DNA of 32,000 bases from Schaalia odontolytica (lineage in GTDB: Bacteria; Actinomycetota; Actinomycetes; Actinomycetales; Actinomycetaceae). The stretch spans positions 2,310,001 to 2,342,000 of the forward strand of contig NZ_CP040006.1 in assembly GCF_005696695.1 (NCBI RefSeq), written 5' to 3'. A program made the translations under genes and the position numbers. Shown here one piece after another: positions 1 to 8,679 of the stretch (the stretch's first letter is position 1; each line of letters starts with the position of its first letter). Under the pieces are notes generated by a model. That model was not told where the DNA came from. It searched no databases and was given only the letters and a program-made list of their open reading frames with translations.

Positions 1-62
1 TCAACGACATCCTCGCTGAGGCCCGCGCAGCACTCACAACCCCACAAAGGAGCCACGCATGA
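1..62 (+). CDS. 3' end of an unidentified upstream gene (partial, starts outside window)
   Basis: The frame is open from the window edge (..NDILAEARAALTTPQRSHA*) and ends at TGA 60-62. The stop overlaps the next start (ATGA at 59-62). Confidence 0.3.
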   Translation, partial: NDILAEARAALTTPQRSHA

Positions 63-208
63 GCACCAAGAAACGCATCCTCGTCACCCTGATCGTCGCG
101 GTCCTGGCCGCGATCGTCATCTTCCCGATGCTGCCCCTCGAATACCGAGACCGCGTCGTCGCGATCCTCACCCACCCGCTGTACTACCTGGGCTTGGGTA
201 ACTGGTGA
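59..208 (+). CDS. small hydrophobic membrane protein, 49 aa (below the ORF-track cutoff)
   Basis: ATG at 59 is preceded by AAAGGAG (46-52). Product MSTKKRILVTLIVAVLAAIVIFPMLPLEYRDRVVAILTHPLYYLGLGNW has one clear TM helix. Stop is TGA 206-208. Confidence 0.45.
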   Translation: MSTKKRILVTLIVAVLAAIVIFPMLPLEYRDRVVAILTHPLYYLGLGNW

Positions 209-227
209 GCGCTCCGATAGAACGCGC

Positions 228-1466
228 TTAACTCAAGAACGCGGCGGGGTCGTCCACGAGTGAATCCAGCACTCGGAACGCCGCACCCCGAACCGTCAGC
301 GACGCAGAATCCGGCAGCACCTCAACGATCGGCGAGGACCACGGGGCCTGCAGCGTGCGCGTCTCAATCTCCTCGCGCGCCGGATCCAGCAGGGCACCAC
401 TCAGCTCAGCGACGGCACCGCCCAGCACGACGTGCGGGATATCCATCGCGTTGATGACCCCCGACAACACGCGCCCAAGGGCCGCTCCGGCCTCCGTCAA
501 CACGGTGCGCGCACGTTCCTGCTCCTCGCCCCCGGCAAGCGACTCTGAGGTCTTCGCCCCGGCCTCGTCGACGAGGCCCGCGCAACGCAGAATCCCGCGC
601 GGCCCGGACCCCGCAGGGGCACCCACATGCTCGGCGAGGGCACGCACACCCAGGTAGGCCTCGAGGCATCCGCGCGCCCCGCAGCGGCACAGCGGCCCAT
701 TGGGATCCGCGCACATGTGCCCAATTTCGCCGGACCAGGCACGCGCCCCGCTCATCGGTCGATGATCGACGATGACACCAGCGCCAACGCCCACCTCGCC
801 CGACACGTACACGAAAGTCGACGGCCCGCCCGCTACGCCCGGGCGTGTGTAGGCGACCGCGTAGGCCGCCAGGTCCGCTTCGTTCGCGACGACCACCGGG
901 TTCAGTTCTGCGAGTGCGGCAAGTAGCTGGTCGTGCGGGATGTCTCGCCACCCCAGGTTCGGGGCGAGCGCGAGGCGGGTCGGCGACACCAGGCCCGGCA
1001 GCCCAACGCCCGTCCCGAGGAACAGGGCGCCGTCGGGCAGGGTTTCTTCGAGCAGAGTGTGGGCCTCCTGGGCCGCGAGCGCCATCGTCTCCTCCGGCGC
1101 ACTGTCGGCGAAATCGCGCTCAATCCGTCGGTGCCCGAGCTCCCTTCCGGCGAGGTCAACGAGCATGACGTCAAGGCTCGCGACGTCCACTTCGATGCCG
1201 AGGGCGACGGCGCTGCCCTCCGCGGGGGTGAGGCGGTTGGCCGGGCGGCCACGGCCGCCGCCGTCGCCGGGTTCGAGTTCTCGCACGAGTCCGGCACCCA
1301 CCAGGTCGTCCACGAGGCGCGAGATCGTCGCGCGCGTCATTCCGGTGCGCTGCGAGAGGCCTGCGCGCGTGACCTCGCCCGGCGAGGCGAGGATGTTGCG
1401 CAGCACCGTCGACATGTTGGATGCGCGCACGTTTTCCGACTTCACACCGCGGTTCTGAGCGCCCAT
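228..1466 (-). CDS. xylR: ROK-family transcriptional repressor, XylR-like
   Basis: It has an N-terminal winged-HTH (VLRNILASPGEVTRAGLSQRTGMTRATISRLVDDLVGAGLV) and a ROK sugar-kinase-like body with a Zn motif (GHMCADPNGPLCRCGARGCLE). It lies divergent from xylA. I chose the start at 1466 (M29 of the 440-aa ORF) because GGAGCGGGGG lies just upstream. The ORF is open to 1550. Confidence 0.8.
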   Translation of the reverse strand: MGAQNRGVKSENVRASNMSTVLRNILASPGEVTRAGLSQRTGMTRATISRLVDDLVGAGLVRELEPGDGGGRGRPANRLTPAEGSAVALGIEVDVASLDVMLVDLAGRELGHRRIERDFADSAPEETMALAAQEAHTLLEETLPDGALFLGTGVGLPGLVSPTRLALAPNLGWRDIPHDQLLAALAELNPVVVANEADLAAYAVAYTRPGVAGGPSTFVYVSGEVGVGAGVIVDHRPMSGARAWSGEIGHMCADPNGPLCRCGARGCLEAYLGVRALAEHVGAPAGSGPRGILRCAGLVDEAGAKTSESLAGGEEQERARTVLTEAGAALGRVLSGVINAMDIPHVVLGGAVAELSGALLDPAREEIETRTLQAPWSSPIVEVLPDSASLTVRGAAFRVLDSLVDDPAAFLS

Positions 1467-1818
1467 CCCCCGCTCCGAGGGGCGCGGCGAGGCGACCGGG
1501 CCGCGACAGATGCGGCCGGCGTCGTTGGCGCTGTCGGAACGGGTCGGCATGGACCCAGGCTACCGTGTCGGAGCGGCGGTGCCCACCCGTCGTGCGGACT
1601 TGTCGGAGGGCCTTGACGAACGCGCACACAGGTATTAAGTTTTACCCCACAACAAATAAATTGTGACGACGCGAACACGACGCGCAACGACCGCGCGACC
1701 AAACACGCGAGTACGGCACACGGACCAACATCCACCACCACACAACGACGCGCAGCGCCATCGACGACGCGGTACCATCCGTCTCCAACTGAACACCGAC
1801 GTTCGAAAGGACACCACC

Positions 1819-2994
1819 ATGACAACCACCCCCGACAACAAGTTCTCCTTCGGCCTGTGGACGGTCGGCTGGAATGCGGTCGACCCCTTTGGTACGGGGA
1901 CCCGCCCGGTCCTGGATCCGTGGGAGTACACGGAAAAGCTCGCGGAGGTCGGCGCGTGGGGCATTACCTTCCACGACAATGACGTGTTCGACTTTGATGC
2001 GTCGGATCAGGAGCGTCACGACCGCGTCATGAAGGTGAAGGAGGCGGCCGACGCGGCTGGCCTCGTCATTGAGATGGTCACGACGAACACGTTCACGCAC
2101 CCGGTCTTCAAGGATGGCGGCCTGACGAACAACGATCGTTCGATCCGCCGTTTCGGCCTGCGCAAGATCCTGCGCAACGTGGATCTGGCTGCGGAGATGG
2201 GCGCGACGACCTTCGTCATGTGGGGCGGGCGCGAGGGCGCGGAGTACGACTCGTCGAAGGACCTGAATGCGGCGTTTGACCGCTACAAGGAGGGCCTGGA
2301 TACGGTCGCCGCCTACATCAAGTCGCGCGGCTACGACCTGAAGATTGGTCTGGAGCCGAAGCCGAATGAGCCTCGCGGCGATATTTTCCTGCCGACGGTC
2401 GGTCACGCGCTGGCCCTTATCGCGCAGCTTGAGCACGGCGACATCGTGGGCCTGAACCCGGAGACGGGCCACGAGCAGATGGCCGGCCTGAACTACACGC
2501 ATGCGCTGGCACAGGCGCTGAACGCGGGCAAGCTCTTCCACATCGACCTCAACGGCCAGTCGGGCATCAAGTACGACCAGGACAAGGCGTTCGGCCACGG
2601 CGACCTGGCCAGCGCGTTCTTCACGGTCGATCTGCTGGAGAACGGCTTCCCGGGCGGTGGCCCGCGCTACGAGGGTCCGCGCCACTTCGACTACAAGCCG
2701 AGCCGCACGGAGGGCATGGAGGGCGTGTGGGAGTCCGCGCGCGCGAACATCGAGATGTACCTGACTCTCGCCCAGAAGGCCCGCGCGTTCCGCGAGGATC
2801 CGGTCACCCAGGAGCTGCTCGAGGCTGCGTCGGTTCCCGAGCTCGGCGAATCCACGCTGGCCGCGGGCGAGTCCCTTGAGGACTTCCTGGCGGATCGCAG
2901 CTCCTACGAGGACTTCGACGCGCAGGCCGCGGGCGAGCGCGAGTACCACTTCGTGGAGCTGTACCAGCAGGCGATGCGTCACCTGATCGGCTGA
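1819..2994 (+). CDS. xylA: xylose isomerase (short actinobacterial class I type, 391 aa)
   Basis: [18 protein letters not shown]..., [16 protein letters not shown] and HIDLNGQ are hallmark XylA motifs. The 52 codons upstream in the ORF track are Arg/Thr-rich non-coding read-through. Confidence 0.93.
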   Translation: MTTTPDNKFSFGLWTVGWNAVDPFGTGTRPVLDPWEYTEKLAEVGAWGITFHDNDVFDFDASDQERHDRVMKVKEAADAAGLVIEMVTTNTFTHPVFKDGGLTNNDRSIRRFGLRKILRNVDLAAEMGATTFVMWGGREGAEYDSSKDLNAAFDRYKEGLDTVAAYIKSRGYDLKIGLEPKPNEPRGDIFLPTVGHALALIAQLEHGDIVGLNPETGHEQMAGLNYTHALAQALNAGKLFHIDLNGQSGIKYDQDKAFGHGDLASAFFTVDLLENGFPGGGPRYEGPRHFDYKPSRTEGMEGVWESARANIEMYLTLAQKARAFREDPVTQELLEAASVPELGESTLAAGESLEDFLADRSSYEDFDAQAAGEREYHFVELYQQAMRHLIG

Positions 2995-3020
2995 TCGTCT
3001 CTTCGACGAGGGGTTGTGTG

Positions 3021-4424
3021 ATGGGCGAGAGGCCTTTCGTTGCGGGCGTCGATTCATCGACGCAGTCGTGCAAGGTGGTCGTGTGGGATCCGGTGTCGGG
3101 CGAGGTGGTGCGCGAGGGTCGCGCGCCGCATCCGGAGGGCACCGAGGTGGATCCGCGCGCCTGGTGGGACGCGTTGAACGAGGCCGTGGCTGCGGCCGGC
3201 GGACTGGATGACGTGCGGGCGCTCAGCGTGGGCGGCCAGCAGCACGGCATGGTCGTGCTGGATGAGCGGGGCGAGGTGATTCGGCCGGCCCTGCTGTGGA
3301 ATGACACGAGGAGCGCGGGCGCGGCTCGGGAGTTGATCGCGGAGCGCGCGGGCGAGTCGTCGGGTGAGGCCTGGTGGGCCGATGCCACGGGCTCGGTTCC
3401 GGTCGCGTCGTTAACGGTCACGAAGCTGCGGTGGTTGGCGGATCATGAGCCGGAGGCGGCCCAGCGCGTGGCTGCGGTGTGCTTGCCGCACGACTACTTG
3501 ACGTGGCGGATCGCGGGCGGTTTTGAGCGCCTGGGGTTGGAGGGGTTGGCGACGGATCGGTCAGATGCCTCGGGGACGGGATACGTGGATCGGTCGGGGT
3601 CGGCGTATCGGCGTGACATTCTCGCCCAGGCGCTGCGCTGTGACGAGGAGCGGGCCGAGCGCATCGTGCTGCCGCGGATCGCGGAACCGTACGAGGTCGT
3701 GGCGCACGGGGACGAGGCGCGAGGCTGGGGCGAGATCGCCTTGGGTCCGGGCGCGGGTGATAACGCGGCGGCGGCCCTCGGCGTGGATTTGGGTCCGGGC
3801 GCGGCGATGCTGAGCCTAGGGACGTCGGGCGTCGTCGCGGCGGTGTCGGAGTCTGCCGTGTCGGATCCGTCCGGCCTGGTCACGGGCTTTTCGGACGCGT
3901 CGGGGCGGTGGCTGCCGTTGGCGTGCACGCTGAACGCGTCGCGGATTATCGACGCGATGAGGCGGGTGACGGGCCTGGGGTACGAGGAGTTCGACGAGGC
4001 CGCCCTGTCGGTTCCGGACGCGGGAGGTCTGCGCCTGATCCCGTACTTCGAGGGCGAGCGCACCCCGAATCTGCCGGACGCGACGGCGACGTTGGAGGGC
4101 ATGACGCTGGCGAATTGCGACCCCGCGCACGTGGCTCGCGCGGCGGTCGAGGGGCTGCTGACGCTCATGCGCGGGGCCCTGGACGCGGTGCGTGCGCAGG
4201 GTGTGCCCATCGAGCGGGTGGTCATGGTCGGCGGCGGGGCGCGGTCGAGAGCGGTTCGAACCCTGGCCTCGAGCATCCTGGGGGCCGAGGTGGAGGTCCC
4301 CTCCCCCGCCGAGTACGTCGCCCTGGGGGCGGCGAAGCAGGCGGCCGCCCTGAATGTCGCGGGCCTGGGGGCGTGCGGGCAGACCCACCACTGCACGAGC
4401 CGGGCGGGCGGATCCGATGTTTGA
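3021..4424 (+). CDS. xylB: xylulokinase (FGGY carbohydrate kinase)
   Basis: FVAGVDSSTQSCKVVVWD, GGQQHGMV, LWNDTRS and GAGDNAAAALG match FGGY/XylB. GAGGGG sits 7 nt before ATG 3021 (GTG 3018 is an alternative). It lies 26 nt after xylA. Confidence 0.9.
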   Translation: MGERPFVAGVDSSTQSCKVVVWDPVSGEVVREGRAPHPEGTEVDPRAWWDALNEAVAAAGGLDDVRALSVGGQQHGMVVLDERGEVIRPALLWNDTRSAGAARELIAERAGESSGEAWWADATGSVPVASLTVTKLRWLADHEPEAAQRVAAVCLPHDYLTWRIAGGFERLGLEGLATDRSDASGTGYVDRSGSAYRRDILAQALRCDEERAERIVLPRIAEPYEVVAHGDEARGWGEIALGPGAGDNAAAALGVDLGPGAAMLSLGTSGVVAAVSESAVSDPSGLVTGFSDASGRWLPLACTLNASRIIDAMRRVTGLGYEEFDEAALSVPDAGGLRLIPYFEGERTPNLPDATATLEGMTLANCDPAHVARAAVEGLLTLMRGALDAVRAQGVPIERVVMVGGGARSRAVRTLASSILGAEVEVPSPAEYVALGAAKQAAALNVAGLGACGQTHHCTSRAGGSDV

Positions 4425-5598
4425 CGAGACGATCACCCGCTGGGGAACGCACAGCGCGAAGTGGGACTTGCTGGCCGCGCACCTGGGCGAGGATGCGCTG
4501 TCGCTGTCGGTCGCGGACATGGAGTTCGCGACGTGCCCGGAGGTGTCGCGCGCGATCGTGGACGCGTGCGCGGAGGGGATTTTCGGCTACACGGAGGTCT
4601 TCGATGACTTTCGCGAGGCCGCGGCCCGTTGGCAGGAGCGCCGCCACGGGTGGACGCTCGACCCGGGCGACGTGCACTTTTTCCCACGCATCGTCCAGTG
4701 CGTCTCGGCCCTGTGCTCGATCGTCCTGCCGGGGTCGCTGGGGCGCCCTCCGCGCGTGGTGACGCTGGATCCGGCGTACGGGCCGATCATCGAGGTCGTG
4801 GAGCGCGCCGGGTGCGAGCTGCGCCGGGTTCCCCTCGACCTGTCGGGCGAGACCCCTCGAATTCCCGAGGATTTGTTCGCCCGCACGATGGAGGGCGCGG
4901 ACCTGCTGCTCTGGTGCAGCCCGCACAACCCGACGGGGCGCGTGTGGACTGAGCGTGAGATGGATATGGTCGCTTCCCTCGCGCGTCAGGGGGACGTGCT
5001 GGTGCTCTCCGACGATATTCACGCGGATTTTCAGCGACCGTGCAGGAACCGGTACCGGCCGCTCGCGGCCGTCGCGCCGCGTCTGTGGGAGTCGGGGCGC
5101 CTCATTCAGTGTGCGTCCCCCGGGAAGACGTTTAACAGCGCGGGGTTGGAGGCCTCGGCGATCGCGGTGCGCGGCGAACTCGGGGAGCGCCTCGAGGAGG
5201 CCAAGCGCCTCATGGGCCTGCACAACCCGAATTTCTTCGCGATTCCTGCGACGATCGCCGCGTGGAACCAGGGCGAGGCCTGGGTGGATGAGCTGCGCGA
5301 TCACATCGACGCGAACCTGCGCGTGGCGGTCGAGTATCTGCGTCGCGCACTGCCTCGGGCGCGCGTCGTCGACCCCGACGGCACGTACTTGGTGTGGGTG
5401 GACGCCCGGGCATACCTGGCCTCGTCGTCTTCTCTCGACGAGGCCGTGGCCGCCTCCCGGGTCGCGGTGTCCCCGGGCGAGGACTTCGGTTCCGAGTACG
5501 AGGGATTTTTCCGCATCAACGTGGCGCTTCCCGAGCGCGACCTGGTGCGGGCACTGGAGCGCTTGTGCGAGGCGATCGCGGCGCTCGCATCGAACTAA
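4417..5598 (+). CDS. PLP-dependent class I/II aminotransferase-fold C-S lyase (PatB/MalY family)
   Basis: The N-terminus MFDETITRWGTHSAKWD is the characteristic PatB/MalY start. Also present are SPHNPTGRVW, SDDIHADF and a SPGKTFN-type lysine region. The ATG at 4417 overlaps the xylB stop (4422-4424). Confidence 0.8.
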   Translation: MFDETITRWGTHSAKWDLLAAHLGEDALSLSVADMEFATCPEVSRAIVDACAEGIFGYTEVFDDFREAAARWQERRHGWTLDPGDVHFFPRIVQCVSALCSIVLPGSLGRPPRVVTLDPAYGPIIEVVERAGCELRRVPLDLSGETPRIPEDLFARTMEGADLLLWCSPHNPTGRVWTEREMDMVASLARQGDVLVLSDDIHADFQRPCRNRYRPLAAVAPRLWESGRLIQCASPGKTFNSAGLEASAIAVRGELGERLEEAKRLMGLHNPNFFAIPATIAAWNQGEAWVDELRDHIDANLRVAVEYLRRALPRARVVDPDGTYLVWVDARAYLASSSSLDEAVAASRVAVSPGEDFGSEYEGFFRINVALPERDLVRALERLCEAIAALASN

Positions 5599-5646
5599 GT
5601 GGACGCGCACTGGCGCGCGGACGCAATGAAATAGAAAGGATTGACG

Positions 5647-7104
5647 ATGTCAGTCACCTCCTCGGAGAAGCGGGCTCACCGCACTCCGTCTCTCCTGGTC
5701 GCGGCGATTCCCGCGGTCACGCTGATCGTCCTTTTGGGCGGCGGCTATATCGCGGCGAGCCTCCCGGTGGAGCCGCTGCTCATCGCGTCGGCCGTGGTCG
5801 CTGGCATTGTTGCCATGACCTTGGGGTACACGTGGGACGAGATCATCGGCGCGATCGCCGAGAAGATCGCGAAGACAATGCCGGCTGTTCTCATCCTGAT
5901 CGTCGTCGGTGCCTTGATCGGCACGTGGATGGCGGGCGGTACGATCCCGATGCTCATCTACTACGGCTTGAAGATCATTAACCCGCAGTTCTTGGCGCTC
6001 ATCGCGCTGGTCGTAACGGCGATCGTGTCGCTGTGCACGGGTACCTCGTGGGGTTCCGCGGGCACGATCGGCGTCGCCTTCATGGGCGTGGCCGTCGGCA
6101 TGGACGCGAACCTGCCGATGGTGGCGGGCGCGATCGTGGCGGGTGCCTACTTCGGCGACAAGCTCTCTCCCCTGTCGGATACGACGAACATCGCGTCGCT
6201 GGCGACGGGCGTGAACCTGTTTACGCACATTCGTCACCTCATGTGGACGACCGTGCCAGCGTTCCTGACCTCGGCGGTCGTGTACCTGATTTTCGGCCTG
6301 CAGTCGTCGGGCGGGACCGTGCCCGAGAAGGTCGGCACGATCCTCGCGACCCTCGACTCGGCGTTCAACTGGAACCTGCTCCTGCTGGTGCCCGTCCTGG
6401 TTGTGCTGGTCGGTTCCGTCATGAAGCTGCCGACCGTGCCGGTCATGCTCGTGTCGTGCGCGACTGCCATGTTCAACGCGGTCGTGTTCCAGGGAGTGTC
6501 TTTCTCAAACTCGGTCGTGGCCTCCGTGAACGGTTTCAAGGTCGACATGGTCGGCAAGAGCGGCTTCCAGGCCGACTCCGTCATCGAGGACGTGACGCGC
6601 CTGCTGGAGCGCGGCGGCATGAACTCGATGATGAGCGTCCTCCTGATTTGTTTCTGCGCGATCGCCTTCGCGGGCACCGTGTCTGTGTCCGGGTCGCTGG
6701 ACGTGCTGATTTCGAGCCTGCTGGCACCCGTGAAGTCGACCTTCGCCCTGATCGCGGCGACGATCGTGACGGGTCTGGCGGTCATCGGCATCACGTCGAA
6801 CGGCCAGGTCTCCCTGCTGATCCCAGGCGAGATGCTGCGCGGCGAGTACATCAAACGAGGCCTGGACCCGAAGAACCTGTCGCGAACCATCGAGGACGCG
6901 GCCACCGTGTGGGAGCCCATCCTCCCGTGGACGTCGGCAGGCGCCTACATGGCCGGCACCCTGGGCGTCGCCACCCTGGCCTACATGCCCTGGGCAATCT
7001 CCAACTGGATCGCCATCTTCTTCGCCCTCCTGTGGGCGGCCACGGGCATCGGCATCGCCAAGCTCACGCCCGAGGAGCAGAAAGCCCTCGAAGCGGAGGG
7101 GTGA
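5647..7104 (+). CDS. nhaC: Na+/H+ antiporter, NhaC family
   Basis: The protein is polytopic, with GTSWGSAGTIG and LSPLSDTTN motifs typical of NhaC. AAAGGA (5635-5640) is correctly spaced for ATG 5647, not for TTG 5641. Confidence 0.85.
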   Translation: MSVTSSEKRAHRTPSLLVAAIPAVTLIVLLGGGYIAASLPVEPLLIASAVVAGIVAMTLGYTWDEIIGAIAEKIAKTMPAVLILIVVGALIGTWMAGGTIPMLIYYGLKIINPQFLALIALVVTAIVSLCTGTSWGSAGTIGVAFMGVAVGMDANLPMVAGAIVAGAYFGDKLSPLSDTTNIASLATGVNLFTHIRHLMWTTVPAFLTSAVVYLIFGLQSSGGTVPEKVGTILATLDSAFNWNLLLLVPVLVVLVGSVMKLPTVPVMLVSCATAMFNAVVFQGVSFSNSVVASVNGFKVDMVGKSGFQADSVIEDVTRLLERGGMNSMMSVLLICFCAIAFAGTVSVSGSLDVLISSLLAPVKSTFALIAATIVTGLAVIGITSNGQVSLLIPGEMLRGEYIKRGLDPKNLSRTIEDAATVWEPILPWTSAGAYMAGTLGVATLAYMPWAISNWIAIFFALLWAATGIGIAKLTPEEQKALEAEG

Positions 7105-7117
7105 GCGCAAGTTGTTG

Positions 7118-7151
7118 AGGTGGGGGACCCCCGGGTGGGGGTCCCCCACCT
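7118..7151 (+). terminator. intrinsic-terminator-like hairpin after nhaC
   Basis: A perfect 15-bp stem, AGGTGGGGGACCCCC (7118-7132) / GGGGGTCCCCCACCT (7137-7151), with loop GGGT. It is followed by TGTTGTGTGTG. Confidence 0.7.
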
Positions 7152-7371
7152 TGTTGTGTGTGAACACCATGAGGCGCGTAGACGAGCAGCATTCCACTTG
7201 TATGTATGATCCACTGAAGATCGACGCACACACTTACTAACAACCACGCTATCGTGAGGCGCATGACAAAGACGTACATGAACGGCGAGGCAAACACGGA
7301 CCAACTCGCTCGCTTAGGTGACGTCTCAGCAACAAGATTCTGCTGTCCAACTAGCCAACGAAGGAAAAACC

Positions 7372-8679
7372 GTGCCTGACAGTCACGCAGCCAACGACAC
7401 GACGCACGTTCTATACAGGGAGGTAGACCAGGACTTCCTCAGTGACTTACGCAAGACCCTGGAAAGCACGAACATCAACTTCCTCCTGGGCGCTGGATGC
7501 TCAATGCCGGCGTTCAAAACTCTGGGCAATTTGGAAGAGCTGCGCGTCGAACTCGAAGAAAAGAAAGACAGCCTCGGGGAAAACAGGGACGTCATCTACC
7601 GCCTGATCAAGGCAGAGATAGATCGCATTTTCTTCATGGGTTCCATCTACCGCAATGTCGATTATGTGCCCAAAAGGATAGATTGCCCCGAAGAAGACAT
7701 TCAACAAACCAGAGCAGCCTACAAGGGTTTCTGCACTGAGGCGATTCAGACGGTTGCGAACAGAGAATCTGTCGACAAGCCGAAACAGGTTACGTTCTTC
7801 ACCTCGAATTACGACCTGTGTATGGACCTAGCACTCGACGAAGCGGAAATCCCGACTAACTCGGCATACCTGGGCCGTTTTGCCCGACGAGTTACACTAC
7901 AGACGTTCGGCAATCGCGTTTTCTCGAACGGTATCGGCCTCGGATACCGAACCGAAATCCCATCAGCAAACCTCGTGAAGATTCACGGATGCGCATCGTG
8001 GCGCGACGACGGCGATCATCTGACCATCGATGATAGCTATCAAATACTCGAAGAGATCAAGACACTGTTTAACACGATCAGCCGATTTGGTGAAGGCCAG
8101 CCTGAGATCAGGCCTAACGCCTCAGAGCCGAGCGAATCACGCGCAACAGAGACCAGCACCGAAACACCTGCAGACTTAGAGACACTGAAACGTCAGGCGG
8201 AAGCGACATTTGAGCGCGCAAAACAGGACGAACGCGGAGAACAGAATCTAGTTGACAAGCTCGATAAGCTAGACGAAGCACGCGACAAGTTGGCCGTCGT
8301 GCTTCCCAATAAAGGAAAATTCGCCTCAACCGTCCTTAACGAGACGTATTACGATCAGCTACGACGCCTGTCGAACCAGTTGGAGCTTCCTAACACGAGC
8401 CTTCTTGTGATGGGCTTTTCATTCGCAGACGAGCACATCCGTTCACTCATCACTCGTGCCGCTAAGGCGAATCCAACGCTGAAGGTCATTATCTTCTGCT
8501 ACTCCAAAGACACAACGAGAACGATTGCGGACTACCTGCGCTACTCCCCAAAGGAGTACCCGAACATCGAGCTAGTGGTCGGCCCCCGTTTTGGGCAAGC
8601 GCTCGGAACCGAAGCGAACGACCATCAACGTCTTGATATCCACGCGATCACTGAGATCCTCCGAAAGGCAAGCGCATGA
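7372..8679 (+). CDS. SIR2-like (SIR2_2 family) NAD-utilising protein, partner of the downstream HerA-like ATPase
   Basis: Motifs appear in the canonical order: NFLLGAGCS (Rossmann Gly loop), FFTSNYDLCMD (catalytic Asn), LVKIHGCASW (catalytic His) and LLVMGFSFADEHI. I chose GTG 7372 because GAAGGA lies 7-12 nt upstream. The ORF is open from GTG 7318. GC is much lower than in the flanking DNA. Confidence 0.8.
   Translation: MPDSHAANDTTHVLYREVDQDFLSDLRKTLESTNINFLLGAGCSMPAFKTLGNLEELRVELEEKKDSLGENRDVIYRLIKAEIDRIFFMGSIYRNVDYVPKRIDCPEEDIQQTRAAYKGFCTEAIQTVANRESVDKPKQVTFFTSNYDLCMDLALDEAEIPTNSAYLGRFARRVTLQTFGNRVFSNGIGLGYRTEIPSANLVKIHGCASWRDDGDHLTIDDSYQILEEIKTLFNTISRFGEGQPEIRPNASEPSESRATETSTETPADLETLKRQAEATFERAKQDERGEQNLVDKLDKLDEARDKLAVVLPNKGKFASTVLNETYYDQLRRLSNQLELPNTSLLVMGFSFADEHIRSLITRAAKANPTLKVIIFCYSKDTTRTIADYLRYSPKEYPNIELVVGPRFGQALGTEANDHQRLDIHAITEILRKASA

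Noticed and set aside
1640-1670. An AT-rich stretch with short inverted arms (CACAA-N8-TTGTG) between xylR and xylA, considered as a XylR operator.
   Set aside because: The arms are only 5 bp, which is too weak to call from sequence alone. It is probably part of the promoter region.
1642-3057. A 471-aa ORF antisense to xylA. Similar long antisense or overlapping ORFs: 4222-5610(-), 11486-12787(+), 12676-13920(+), 13557-14588(+), 14720-15874(+), 15891-17234(+), 18715-20958(-), 10689-11456(+), 31059-31910(-).
   Set aside because: Each lies opposite, or out of frame with, a gene that has clear family motifs. Their products are Arg/Ala/Gly/Pro-rich low-complexity strings, typical of stop-poor shadow frames in DNA above 65% GC. 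None has a recognisable motif or RBS.
7156-7317. Small ORFs upstream of the SIR2 gene (for example ATG 7263, 37 codons), considered as a third system component or antitoxin-like peptide.
   Set aside because: There is no RBS, the frames overlap the SIR2 reading frame out of phase, and the composition is not coding-like.
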